This document shows positions 11,442 through 23,672 of a DNA stretch of 64,000 nt, in pieces. The stretch's first letter is position 1. Every line of letters starts with the position of its first letter. Both the position numbers and the translations under genes were made by a program. The notes under the pieces are model-generated. The model saw nothing but the letters and a program-made list of their open reading frames with translations. It was not told the DNA's origin and ran no database searches. The DNA lies in the NCBI GenBank assembly GCA_963762165.1, contig CAVXJN010000001.1:194242-258241 (forward strand). Reading direction: 5' to 3'. Source of the DNA: an uncultured Gammaproteobacteria bacterium. Its GTDB lineage: Bacteria > Pseudomonadota > Gammaproteobacteria > JASBUN01.

Positions 11442-11477
11442 GTTACGTGCTATGTATGCCGTCGCGCGCCCGGGCGC

Positions 11478-13511
<2,034 letters not shown>

Positions 13512-13593
13512 AGAAATTTAGGGATTTATATACAGGTCGGCTTTCCAGTATTATTGCGACTCGCGCCCACCAAACCGGCAGGAACTCCAGGCC

Positions 13594-14779
13594 TTGAAAA
13601 TTCGACTTTCCAACCGCGTACAACGCATCAAACCGTCTCCAACGCTGTCCGTAACGCGCGCGTGCCGCAGAACTGCGTGCCAACGGCCACGACATCGTCA
13701 GCCTGGGGGCCGGTGAACCGGATTTCGACACGCCCGAGCACATCAAGGAAGCAGCCAAGCAAGCCATCGATGCGGGATTCACCAAGTATACCGCGGTTGA
13801 CGGCACCGCCGAGCTGAAGCGGGCGATCGTCAGCAAATTTGCCCGGGAGAACGGACTCGAGTATCAGATGGACCAGATCCTCGTGTCATGTGGTGGCAAA
13901 CAGAGCTTTTTCAACCTCTGCCAGGCGCTGTTGGATGCCGGCGACGAAGTGATTATCCCGGCGCCCTATTGGGTTTCCTATCCGGACATCGCACTGCTGG
14001 CCGATGCGATTCCGGTCGCAGTACTCGCCGGTGCCGAACAGCATTTCCGGATCACCCCGGAACAGCTCGACGAAGCCATCACCCCGAATACCCGGCTGCT
14101 TGTGCTGAACAGCCCCTCGAACCCCACCGGCAGCGCCTACGGCCGGCGCGAACTGGAAGCGCTCGGCGATGTGCTGCGCCGCCACCCGGATGTGCTCATC
14201 GCCACCGACGACATGTACGAGCACATACTTTGGGCGGAGGAACCGTTCTGCAACATCGTCAATGCATGCCCGGACCTGAAGGACCGCACCATCGTCCTCA
14301 ATGGTGTGTCCAAAGCGTATGCGATGACGGGTTGGCGTATCGGCTACGCGGCAGGTCCCGCCGAACTTATCCGCGCCATGAAAAAAATCCAGTCCCAGAG
14401 TACCTCGAGCCCGACTTCCATCTCCCAGGTCGCGGCGCAAGCGGCGCTGGAGGGTGACCAGTCCTGCATCAAGCCCATGCTGGCGGCATTCAAGGAGCGC
14501 CATGACTTCATCGTCGGCGCCTTGAACGAAATCGACGGCATCCGCTGCGAGCGCGCAGACGGTACCTTCTATTGCTTTCCCAACATGCAGGGCGTCATCG
14601 ACCGCCTGGCCCATGTCAGCGACGACGTCGCGCTTGCCGAATACCTGCTGAGCGAAGCCGGCGTCGCGCTGGTACCGGGTTCCGCGTTCGGCGCACCGGG
14701 TTATCTGCGATTGTCGTTTGCGACCAGCCTGGACAACCTGCGCGAAGCCGCCAAACGCCTGGCGAATGCGCTTGGTTAA
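13594..14779 (+). CDS. Class I PLP-dependent (aspartate-type) aminotransferase; one frameshift near 13655
   Basis: TTG start LKIRLSNRVQRIKPSPTL, then GAGEPDFDTP, NSPSNPTG, SKAYAMTGWRIG. Confidence 0.9.
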
Positions 14780-14787
14780 AATCAGCC

Positions 14788-14847
14788 ATTTCCTACAAAT
14801 TTTGTCGGTAATTTCCTACAGCGGTTCTCCCGTCCACGGGTTAATCT
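14788..14847 (+). promoter_or_regulatory. Putative NarL/LuxR-type (GacA/LetA-like) box plus -10 hexamer
   Basis: TGTCGG-TAATTT-CCTACA at 14803-14820, a second ATTTCCTACA at 14788-14797, TAATCT at 14842-14847. Confidence 0.45.
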
Positions 14848-14910
14848 AGCCCTGCCCTGTTCTTCAGGGCACCAGGGATGAACGCTGGCAATGGAAGGCC
14901 ACTCACTCCC

Positions 14911-14944
14911 GCGCACCCCGAATGCCCCGGCATTCGGGGTGCGC
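14911..14944. other. Perfect inverted repeat with 16-nt arms upstream of fimT
   Basis: GCGCACCCCGAATGCC-CC-GGCATTCGGGGTGCGC. Confidence 0.85.
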
Positions 14945-15011
14945 TTCCGTTGGCCTCTATCGCAGAACCTTCCTGGTGCCTCTTGACTACCAAGGAGCGC
15001 CTGAGCCATGG

Positions 15012-15598
15012 ATGCACTTTGTCGAGCCGGCCCGGTTCGCGTTCGATCCTGCGGCTTACGGCTTCACATTGATCGAACTCATGGTCACCCTGGCCGTATC
15101 GGCTATATTGCTCACCGGTGTAATTCCAATGTTCGAGAATGTGATTAACGATACGCCGCACTACCAGCCGCGCCAACGCCATTGTCGGCGGTTTAGGATT
15201 CGCGCGCGCAACCAGCGTATATTCGGGTCAAAATGTGGTGATCTGTCCGAGCACGGACGGCCAAAACTGCTGGCGCAGTATGCATTGGGACCAGGGTTGG
15301 ATCGCATTTCTGGACAGAAACGCCAATGGAGATACGTGAGACGACCGACGATTTATTGCGGGTTGCGCAGGCCACGCAAGGGGGCGCGATCATCACCAGT
15401 GCGGCACGCACCCGGATCATTTTTCGCAGCACGGGAACACGTCTCAATCCGGGTTCCAGCGCCGGATCCAACACCACTTTTACCTTTTGCGATCCGCGCG
15501 GCCCCGCCCACACCATGGCCGTTAGCCTTTCCAACACCGGCCGTCCGCGAACCATCGACCCGGCCCCGGCTGCCAACGCCGCGCGCTGCCCCAGTTAG
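15012..15598 (+). CDS. fimT: GspH/FimT-family minor pilin (two frameshifts)
   Basis: Prepilin motif GFTLIELMVTLAV; VVICPSTDG..C, WDQGW, TFTFCD, C-terminal SNTGRPR. Confidence 0.85.
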
Positions 15599-15607
15599 AC
15601 CAGAGTC

Positions 15608-15636
15608 TTGACCAACCCCGCCTGCGCCGGTACCAT
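15608..15636 (+). promoter_or_regulatory. sigma70 promoter of tRNA-Asn
   Basis: TTGACC-N17-TACCAT followed by a GC-rich discriminator-like stretch. Confidence 0.7.
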
Positions 15637-15658
15637 TTGCGCTCGCATTCAGCGATGT

Positions 15659-15734
15659 TCCCCGGTAGCTCAGTTGGTAGAGCAGGTGACTGTTAATCAC
15701 CGGGTCGGCGGTTCGAGCCCGTCCCGGGGAGCCA
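15659..15734 (+). tRNA. tRNA-Asn(GTT)
   Basis: TCCCCGGTAGCTCAGTTGGTAGAGCAGGTGA-CTGTTAA-TCACC...GTTCGAGCC...GCCA; 76 nt. Confidence 0.97.
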
Positions 15735-15923
15735 ATTCAAGTTTCGCTGATACGAATCTTTACTGAGTCCTTATGGGCAACCATAACACTCCGTGCTCTG
15801 CAGCTACAGGTACCGCCTAAGCATAGCGCTATGCGTGGCCTTTGGGCGCACATGTTTCTGCTGACGGCATTTCTCCCTATCTGCTCAATTTCGTCGTGTC
15901 TAAAGCGCAAACTTTCACACCAG

Positions 15924-17381
15924 CTATCGTCTGGGACTCTCCGATACAGCCGGATCACACGATTTGGACGCAAGTTCGGTTTCATCCCAGGCATCATTTC
16001 CATGAAACGCAATAAAGTATCTTGACGATTGTGTTGCACAAAATTCCTTTATCAGTACGTCGCGCGGTTTTTCAATAACGAATTCCAACGAACTGTCTTT
16101 CTCGGCGACTTTCACGGAATTACCCGGACCATAGGAAAATGGATTCATGTAGGTCTCGAGTCCAAAAATAAAGATTGTAGATCCACTCTGAATTTTTCCG
16201 ACCGCTCGCAAAAACGAATTGAACTGCTCACGGTATTCGGCAGTTTTTTTGGAGTAGAGATTCGTCAAATACGAAAATCCAAGAATATCTGGTGGCAAAA
16301 CTACTAAGCTCACGGACACAGACAAAGCTATCGCTTTCCAAAACGCCGGAAGCAGAAATAGCGATCCGATCGCTAAAGCAAGAAAGAAATGCGGCGCATA
16401 CAAATAGAGCACATCTTGGTGCGCGCCCAGTAAAAGCGTTGGACCTAACATTAACGAAAACCCGCAAAAACATACAAATACGAACGTCTTATAGTATGGC
16501 ATCCTCACGCCAGCCGCTAGAAACACTATTGCTGCCACAATTGGCCCAAACGGCCCGACTTGTTGGACATAGAACGCTCTAGAAAAATAAAAAACAAAAT
16601 TGTCCGCTACGCTAAATAAATCTAACGCGTACGGATTAGGGCTGGACTCGGCTGTGGACACTCCCGAATAAAACAATTGCAAGTACGTTACACCACACAC
16701 AAGCATCACTGCCAAGTAGGGCACAAGCGATTGGAGAGTTTCCGAGAGGCTCCTCTTTTCCAGCATGGTGCTCACAAGAAACAACAGGACAGGCAATCCA
16801 ATTGCAAATTCTTTTGTTCGGATCGCTAAAAAATATGCAACGGCACCGACAATAAAATAAATTATCCGTACCTTACAATTCCATGCGAGCTGCCAAACCC
16901 AAATCGACGTTAGACAGAGCAAGACAGCAAGGATATCGAAAATCGCCGCCGTCCAAAATACCGCGTTGTTTGCCGCGACCCATGTCCCAGCAAGAACTCC
17001 TGCCAACAGCGCTGCAGATCTCCCAACGTATTTTTTCGAAATCAGATAGAGCAGGATGCAGTTGACAACGTGCAAGCCCAACTGTGACAGGAGAAAATAG
17101 GAAGGATTCAGTCCAAATATTTCATAGCCGGCCTTTATTGCGATCGCGCCTATAGGTCGATCGTTGTAAATGCTCTGCGGAAGCAATGAAAACAAGTCAC
17201 CGAAATCATGAAATTCCGCGTTATATAGCCACGCCCAATCATCTGCCTGAAAAAAATGACGCGCATTAACGTCAGGCATATTCCAAATGACCACCACCCC
17301 GATTACGAAAATCAAATAACTTAGATCTAACGCGCTTGCACTAAACCTAGAGCTTGCGATCCTATTGTTATTTTGCATCAT
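15924..17381 (-). CDS. Polytopic membrane protein, probable GT-C glycosyltransferase
   Basis: QADDW after TM1, ..DRPIG, LHVVNCILLY, TKE motif, many TM segments; start trimmed to MMQNN. Confidence 0.6.
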   Translation of the reverse strand: MMQNNNRIASSRFSASALDLSYLIFVIGVVVIWNMPDVNARHFFQADDWAWLYNAEFHDFGDLFSLLPQSIYNDRPIGAIAIKAGYEIFGLNPSYFLLSQLGLHVVNCILLYLISKKYVGRSAALLAGVLAGTWVAANNAVFWTAAIFDILAVLLCLTSIWVWQLAWNCKVRIIYFIVGAVAYFLAIRTKEFAIGLPVLLFLVSTMLEKRSLSETLQSLVPYLAVMLVCGVTYLQLFYSGVSTAESSPNPYALDLFSVADNFVFYFSRAFYVQQVGPFGPIVAAIVFLAAGVRMPYYKTFVFVCFCGFSLMLGPTLLLGAHQDVLYLYAPHFFLALAIGSLFLLPAFWKAIALSVSVSLVVLPPDILGFSYLTNLYSKKTAEYREQFNSFLRAVGKIQSGSTIFIFGLETYMNPFSYGPGNSVKVAEKDSSLEFVIEKPRDVLIKEFCATQSSRYFIAFHGNDAWDETELASKSCDPAVSESPRR

Positions 17382-17409
17382 TTTGAATCCGAAACTACTT
17401 CGGGTCCGC

Positions 17410-18170
17410 GTAAGCTTCCCCACTGTGTAGATGGTTTGTAGATAGCGCTTTCCGGCAAAATTAGCCGAGGAGGCTACCATGAAGAAATCATGTTACACGG
17501 TGACACGGCTCGATGAGAGCTTGAACGAGCCGGACGTCGGGATGAAGGTCAAAGACCTGTGCCGTAAGCACGGAATCTCCGCGGCGACCTACTACAACCG
17601 GAAAGCCAAATACGGCGGGATGAGCGCCTCGGAACCGAAGCGGACCAAGGAACAGGATCCGGAGTACGCAAGCTCAACTCCTGTATGCTGATCTTGCGCT
17701 CAAGAACCGCGCGATGACGAGTTTGATCGCAAAAAGCTCTGACGCCACCAGCCAGGCGCGCGGCGGCGCAGTACCTGCGGCGGCGTTTGGACCGGCGGTA
17801 CGCCGCTGTCGCGGTTGCGTGGGGCTGTCACCTGCCGCATATTATCGCCCGCCCACGGACTGGCTAGTTCGGGATGCGCAGCTGATCAAATTGCTCAATG
17901 GCTTGGTGGAGGCCCATCCGCCTTGGGGCATCTAGAGTACGTGCGCGCACTATCGAAATCGATACCTCCTAACGCGCACCGCCGTGGTACGGGCGCCGCA
18001 GCGATGGAAGGAACAGCGTGGCGTGCCGAACGTGTTGCGTGCAAATAAGTTTACGGAGTTCCCGAGCCAGGCGCTCACAGAATGAGGGAGACAACGCGGT
18101 CACGATCCAATACATCCAACCCCCCAATCCGAATTAGAACGCCTACATCGAACGCTTAACCCCCTCCTGG
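17410..18170 (+). mobile_element. Decayed IS3-family element (relic A)
   Basis: OrfA-like MKKS...DLCRKHGISAATYY..KAKYGGM; OrfB fragments GLSPAAYY and YIQP..N*NAYIER. Confidence 0.8.
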
Positions 18171-18207
18171 TCGCCCGCCAAGTCTAACGACCACCGAGGC
18201 AATTCAG

Positions 18208-19782
18208 CTAATTCGAGACCGGTGAACACTGTTTGTAGGCGCGCTCCCAAGCACCGAGTGCCGGTTGATCCGCGATTTCAAGGACCCAAGGTGAGAACGC
18301 AGGCCTCTTTCCCAGAGCCTCAGAATGACTCAGCCAAATCAGCATTGCGCCCGTTGGATACGAGAGAGTTCGTACTTGTACTTCGTCGTTCTGCAGCGCA
18401 GATGGGAATGGTATTGGAAGGAGCACGGCCGACCTATCTATCCGTGTTTGGTCTGATATCGGTGAATGCCTTGTGGCGCACAACGCACTCTTCCACTCTG
18501 TCGCCGCTAATTGCTGCGTACTGACGTCGAGAAACACACCGACTATAAGGGCCACCATGGTGAACCCGCCGTACAAGCCATACCGGGCAGGCTTATAGAT
18601 AGCCAGCCGAGGAACCGCTCTGTTCAATACGTATAAAAAAACAAACCAAAAATAGATCGAAGCGAATACTACCCGCCTAAATCCGACCGCTTGATCCGTA
18701 AATACATACATCCCAAGGGACAGAGGAAGGAGACTGGTGGCGATCAAAATGATTAGCGCTAGCCGGAATACATAGCGGAATCCAATTTGCCTTCCCGCCG
18801 CACTGTAAGGCGATCGATACGACATACGAAGAATTAAAAAAAAAGACAAGACAACGGTAGCCCAGCTGAGCACAATTACCCATGACCTACCAGGAAAGAA
18901 CAAGTAGAGCCACGGATAAATCGTGGCAGGCACCAGTTCGATCAATATATGATGAACCTTTGCGACCAGTTCCGGCCCAGAAGACAACCGCGGGCTATTG
19001 TAGCCGTAACGGACCAGGAGATAGTTGAGAACGAATACGCAAGCAACAACTGCGGCAACCCTCAAGTACGTTGTTGCGTAGCCCAGAAGCTGTTCTGTTA
19101 CGATGTGTAAGTCTGCATCCTTCCGCTTATTTACGATTTCAACGCTCAAGATTCTCACAGTTACACCGATAAATAATATCGGCCAGAGCGGCTGATACGT
19201 AAAAATCACTACTACCGCGATGACAACGAACACGAACCACCGCTTGATCGACGGGCTGTGTGTGCTCGCGATCAATACAGCCCCAGCCAACGCGGCGCTC
19301 ACCCCTATCAGCATGCTCGTCCCATAACTGACCATGTACACATGCCAAATGCCTGGCATGGAAAAAATACACAGCGAAATCAGACCGCCGATTTTTGGAT
19401 GGCGGCCAGCAGAACTTGCGACCTTGTATATCTGAATGCAGATTGTGATCAGTAGCACCAGATGAAGCATTCGAACCCATTCGAACTGAGAAATCGAATG
19501 CATTAACGAGAGAGGAATCAGGTCAAATACTGGCGCGAACGGACGCCCAGCGGCAAATGGACTAGACCAGAAACTGAATGCAGCCTGAGCGTAATCCATA
19601 CCGCCTAGCGCAAAATAGAATCCAAAGAAATGATAATCATCTCCAATCGCATAAACTTCGCGATTCAAAAGCAGTCCCACGATCGTTATAGTCACCAAAG
19701 CTGCTAACAATGGTAGATTTCCGCGAGCTCCAATTAGTATTGGAGATTGTCCCGCACGGTGCGTTAGAAGCCTAATGTTCAT
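18208..19782 (-). CDS. Polytopic membrane protein, GtrII-like GT-C glycosyltransferase
   Basis: IGDDY after TM1, AAGRP, TYQP motif, many TM segments. Confidence 0.6.
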   Translation of the reverse strand: MNIRLLTHRAGQSPILIGARGNLPLLAALVTITIVGLLLNREVYAIGDDYHFFGFYFALGGMDYAQAAFSFWSSPFAAGRPFAPVFDLIPLSLMHSISQFEWVRMLHLVLLITICIQIYKVASSAGRHPKIGGLISLCIFSMPGIWHVYMVSYGTSMLIGVSAALAGAVLIASTHSPSIKRWFVFVVIAVVVIFTYQPLWPILFIGVTVRILSVEIVNKRKDADLHIVTEQLLGYATTYLRVAAVVACVFVLNYLLVRYGYNSPRLSSGPELVAKVHHILIELVPATIYPWLYLFFPGRSWVIVLSWATVVLSFFLILRMSYRSPYSAAGRQIGFRYVFRLALIILIATSLLPLSLGMYVFTDQAVGFRRVVFASIYFWFVFLYVLNRAVPRLAIYKPARYGLYGGFTMVALIVGVFLDVSTQQLAATEWKSALCATRHSPISDQTRIDRSAVLLPIPFPSALQNDEVQVRTLSYPTGAMLIWLSHSEALGKRPAFSPWVLEIADQPALGAWERAYKQCSPVSN

Positions 19783-20002
19783 ATTTCCATCCGCGGCCTA
19801 TGTGTACAAACATTCGAACCCGCACGGGTTTCTCTGTTTTTTGGATTTCGGTGTTGCGAGTCATGGTCAGTTTTTTTGCACCACTTGTACGTTTCCCCAG
19901 CGGGTAGAGAGTTTTTAGGTAGAAATTTCTGGCAAAATAGCCGCAGCGATTCAAATAAAGAAATCGCGAACCGACGAAGATCAGATTATCGAAATCTTGA
20001 AC

Positions 20003-21193
20003 GGTAATCCCCCCATTTATGTTCGCATGTAGAAGTAGCGCTAAGCCACCAGGGCCAACTTCTGTTTCGGGGTGATGCCTCCCAGGGCCATATTGGGCCG
20101 TTCGTTGTTGTAGGTCCAGAGCCAGCGAGTCGCATAGTCGCGGACTTCGTCGATTGTATCGAACAGGTATTGCGACAGCCATTCGTAACGCACCGTGCGG
20201 TTGTAGCGTTCGATATAAGCATTTTGCTGCGGCTTGCCGGGCTGGATATAGGCAAGCTCGATACCTCGTTCGTCCGCCCAAGTGGTCAGCGCACCGCTGA
20301 TATATTCTGGACCGTTGTCACAACGAATGACCGCTGGCTTGCCGCGCCATTCGATGATCTGTTCCAGTGTACGGATGACCCGTTCGGCCGGTAGCGAGAA
20401 GTCCACTTCGATGCCTAACCCTTCCCGGTTGAAGTCGTCAATGACGTTCAATAGGCGGAAGCATCGCCCATCCGCCAGACTGTCATGCATGAAGTCCATC
20501 GACCAGGTTTGATTGATCGCCTGGGGCACTGTCAAGTGGCTGCGGCTTCTCGCGCACCAGCCGCTTCTTGGGTTTGATCCGCAGATTCAGCTCCAAGGCC
20601 CGGTAGATGCGATACACGCGCTTGTGGTTCCAGCCGAAGCCTTTGACGTTACGTAAGTACAAAAAGCACAGCCCAAAGCCCCAGTTGCGCTGGTTGTGCG
20701 TCAGGCGGATCAGCCAGTCGGCAATGCGCTCATTTTCCGTCGAAAGCCGCGCCGGATACCGATAACAGCGCTCGCTCACCGCAAACAGCCGGCACGCGCG
20801 GCGGATCGATACCGCCTTGTCCTTCACTGCCCAGCGCGCCATCGCCTTCCGTTGCGATGGCGCTACCATTTTTTCCCAACGCCTCGCGCAGGATCTCCGC
20901 ATCCATCTTCGACTCGGCATACATCTTCTTCAGCCGCCGGTTCTCTTCCTCCAGCTCCTTGAGCCGACTCATCATCGAGGCGTCCATCCCACCGAACTTG
21001 GCGCGCCATTTATAAAACGTCGCCGAACTGATCCCGTGCGTGCGGCACAGCTCCGGTACCGCCACCCCAGACTCGGCCTCTTTTAGCATCGCCAGAATCT
21101 GACTATCTGTGAATCGCGATTTCTTCACCGTAGAATCTCCTGGTCAGTAGAAAATTCTACTTCTAAACGCAATCAATTTCCGGGGGGATTACC
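20003..21193 (-). mobile_element. IS3-family (IS407-like) insertion sequence, 1191 bp, 4-bp target duplication GAAC
   Basis: Terminal IRs GGTAATCCCCCC...TAGAAGTAG; GAAC at 19999-20002 and 21194-21197. Confidence 0.92.
20041..21128 (-). CDS. IS3 transposase OrfA/OrfB
   Basis: Orf[29 protein letters not shown]; Orf[24 protein letters not shown]; A-run at the junction near 20870. Confidence 0.9.
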
Positions 21194-21368
21194 GAACGAA
21201 GCCGACGTAGGAACGAAGATCGAGGATCTATGCCGCAAGCAACGGATTTTCGGGGTGACCGATTACAAATAGCAATTGAAATATGGCGGCTTAAGCGCCT
21301 CCGAGCGCAAGCGCGTTTCCGCAATACAATTTTGACGGTGGCAATAACCGCGATGCGCGCTGATCAGA

Positions 21369-21752
21369 TTAAGATCGGTATGTCCAAGCACTATGCAGTA
21401 CAAATGTCACTGCGGGGACGATGCAGACGACAAACACAATTCCGTAGATGTAATGAAGGCCATAAATAATGGCCATACCGGAAATATCCCATCGATAAAG
21501 ACAAGCCCACGATAGATACGACGGCAAAGCGTATTATGTTATCCGGTGAAACCTGGCTAGCGAAGCTCCACCGCGTGTTGACGACATATGAAAAACTCGC
21601 TGCCGTTGCGAATGCAATGCCGTTCGCAACAACGGCAACAGCAGCCATTTAGTAATAAACCATGCAGCGACAACCGTGTGCAGACCTGTCGCCAATAAGC
21701 CTGTTATCGCGAACCGGACAAACTGCCCACTCAGCTTATGCCGAAGGGTCAT
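21369..21752 (-). CDS. GtrA-family flippase (frameshifted)
   Basis: QFVRFAITGLLATGLH, ANGIAF..SFSYVVNTRWSF, C-terminal LHSAWTY; about 4 TM segments. Confidence 0.8.
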
Positions 21753-21901
21753 CAGTGCTCAGATCTGCAAATACACAGCTATAGTGGACACTTGGGAGAT
21801 ATTTTGGAAGAAGGCACGACCACCGATCATGAGCAACTATGAATACCACGTTGTAGAACGCATGCGTATCGTTTAGCCTTGAATGTAAAGTACTATTGGT
21901 T

Positions 21902-22606
21902 TCAATCGCGTCTACCAAGATTACCATCCCGCCTTTCGAACAAAATATATACATTCTTACCGACAACCGTGTCCAAAATGCGGTCCGCTGTTCTGCTGAT
22001 CGGAAACACGTACCGATCGTAAATCCTCAGCATTTGTCGATCTACATCACCGGTTTTGTTCTTCGAGCATTTGTATGCAATAGATGCTAGAAATCCGATT
22101 GAATCCGCATATCTGGACCTTATTATCTTGGCATCGACTGCCTGCACTATTGTCGCCAGCGCCCGACGCGTATACCGGCGAAAATGCCTACCTTCCGATC
22201 CATACTTGAATAAGGAACTGGAACGCAGGCACATAAATGAACATTCTACCGCCTGGTTTTAATAGCTCACACCACTCTCGGACCGCTGCCTGGTCTCTTG
22301 AATGTGTTCCAAGACATTTAAAGAGTAAATGAAATCAAAACCTACGCCATCCAAATCGCGCAAGCTGGCTTCAACTGGAATTCCAAGCGATCGGATATGT
22401 GCGGCCTGATTACGATCCGGTTCGAAACAGGTCACTTCATAACCCTCGTCACGCAACGCGCGCGCGAAAGTACCAATACCAGCTCCAATATCCAGCACGC
22501 GCATACCCGGGCGCACCTGCGTCCGAATCAAATCCAACAGATACGCGTTGTACTTAACAGCATCCGCCATCACCTCCAAGTTGTCTGTTCCCGCGTACTC
22601 AGTCAT
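21902..22606 (-). CDS. Class I SAM-dependent methyltransferase (frameshifted)
   Basis: VLDIGAGIG, FDFIYSLNVLEHI, HFRRYT. Confidence 0.85.
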
Positions 22607-22729
22607 TCGTTACACCCGCACGGTTCCAATTGCATTCACTCAAGACAATGTGCATAACGTTCAGTTGCGGCGATCCCATGTTGGGCGCTATTCCAACGAA
22701 ACAGTTTAGGCATTATTTTCCAGTTTAAT

Positions 22730-23672
22730 TTACCATCCATCATGAGTTCCGCAACAGCTCCTCTCGAAATTTCGTTTGTCCTGCTCTGCAATGGAATCAA
22801 GCACAAGTCCAATAGCAACCAACAGGAGCGCCACAATCTCAATTCCCGTCGCCAGAATCGCGAGCGGCACATGGTAGATATACTGCATCTGAATCGAATC
22901 TTTAAATACCGGAACGGCCACGAGCATACCAACTAACGCGAAGAAAACCCCTGCCCCTCCGAAAAAAGCTAACGGGCGATAATGTCAAAGGAACGCACGA
23001 TAGTCTTAATTACTTTGGCGCCGTCAACGAGCGTATTCAGCTTCGAAACACTACCCTCTGGCCTGTCTTTATATTCGATGGAATCTCAACAATACGGAAT
23101 TTCTTATCTAACGCGTGTAACGTCATGTCCGTTTCAATTTCAAATCCTTCGACTAGTATCGGATAATTCTTGACGAAAGATCGACTCGACACACGGTACC
23201 CCGTCATGATATCCACTAGGTTTGCACTAAATAAAAAATTGACGAGCGATTGAACAAGCCTATTGCCGAAATTGTGCAACGGCCTCTTGTTTTCTTTAAG
23301 ATAGTGACCTGCCGAATGCCGGTCTCCTACCACCATCTCCGCTTTGCCTTCGGCGACCGGTTGGATCAGATCCGCCAATCTATCCGCCGGGTAGGTCAAA
23401 TCTGCATCAGCCAACACGTATATATCGGCATCAACGTCATGGAAGGCTCGTCGCACAGCGTTACCCTTACCTTGTCTGGGCTCCACGATAATCCCACCGT
23501 TATTACCAGCCTGTTTCATGGTGTCGCGTGCAACTTGCTCCGTATCATCAGTGGAGTTGTTGTTGACAACCCAAATTTCCGCGTCTGGCATAGCGGCGTG
23601 GAAGTCGCGAATCGCTGCTTCAATAACTTGCGCCTCGTTAAACGCCGGCAGAATGATCGCTACCTTCGTCAT
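22730..23672 (-). CDS. GT2 polyprenyl-phosphate glycosyltransferase (frameshifted)
   Basis: ILPAFNE, NNSTD, GKGNAV, DADLTYP, DIMTGYR, FEIETDM, two C-terminal TM segments. Confidence 0.85.

Larger units (their letters stand above)
19887..21317 (+). mobile_element. Decayed IS3-family element (relic B), interrupted by a younger IS
   Basis: Left end resembles relic A; joining the flanks of the younger IS gives IKKSRTDEDQIIEILN|EADVGTKIEDLCRKQRI...YK*QLKYGGLSASERKR. Confidence 0.75.

Noticed and set aside
15659-15923. Integrative island at tRNA-Asn
   Set aside because: No integrase and no duplicated tRNA 3' end seen; the glycan genes simply converge on the tRNA
21775-21880. Possible further IS3 left-end relic (TAGTGGACAC..ATGAGC)
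   Set aside because: Too short and degenerate to support by eye
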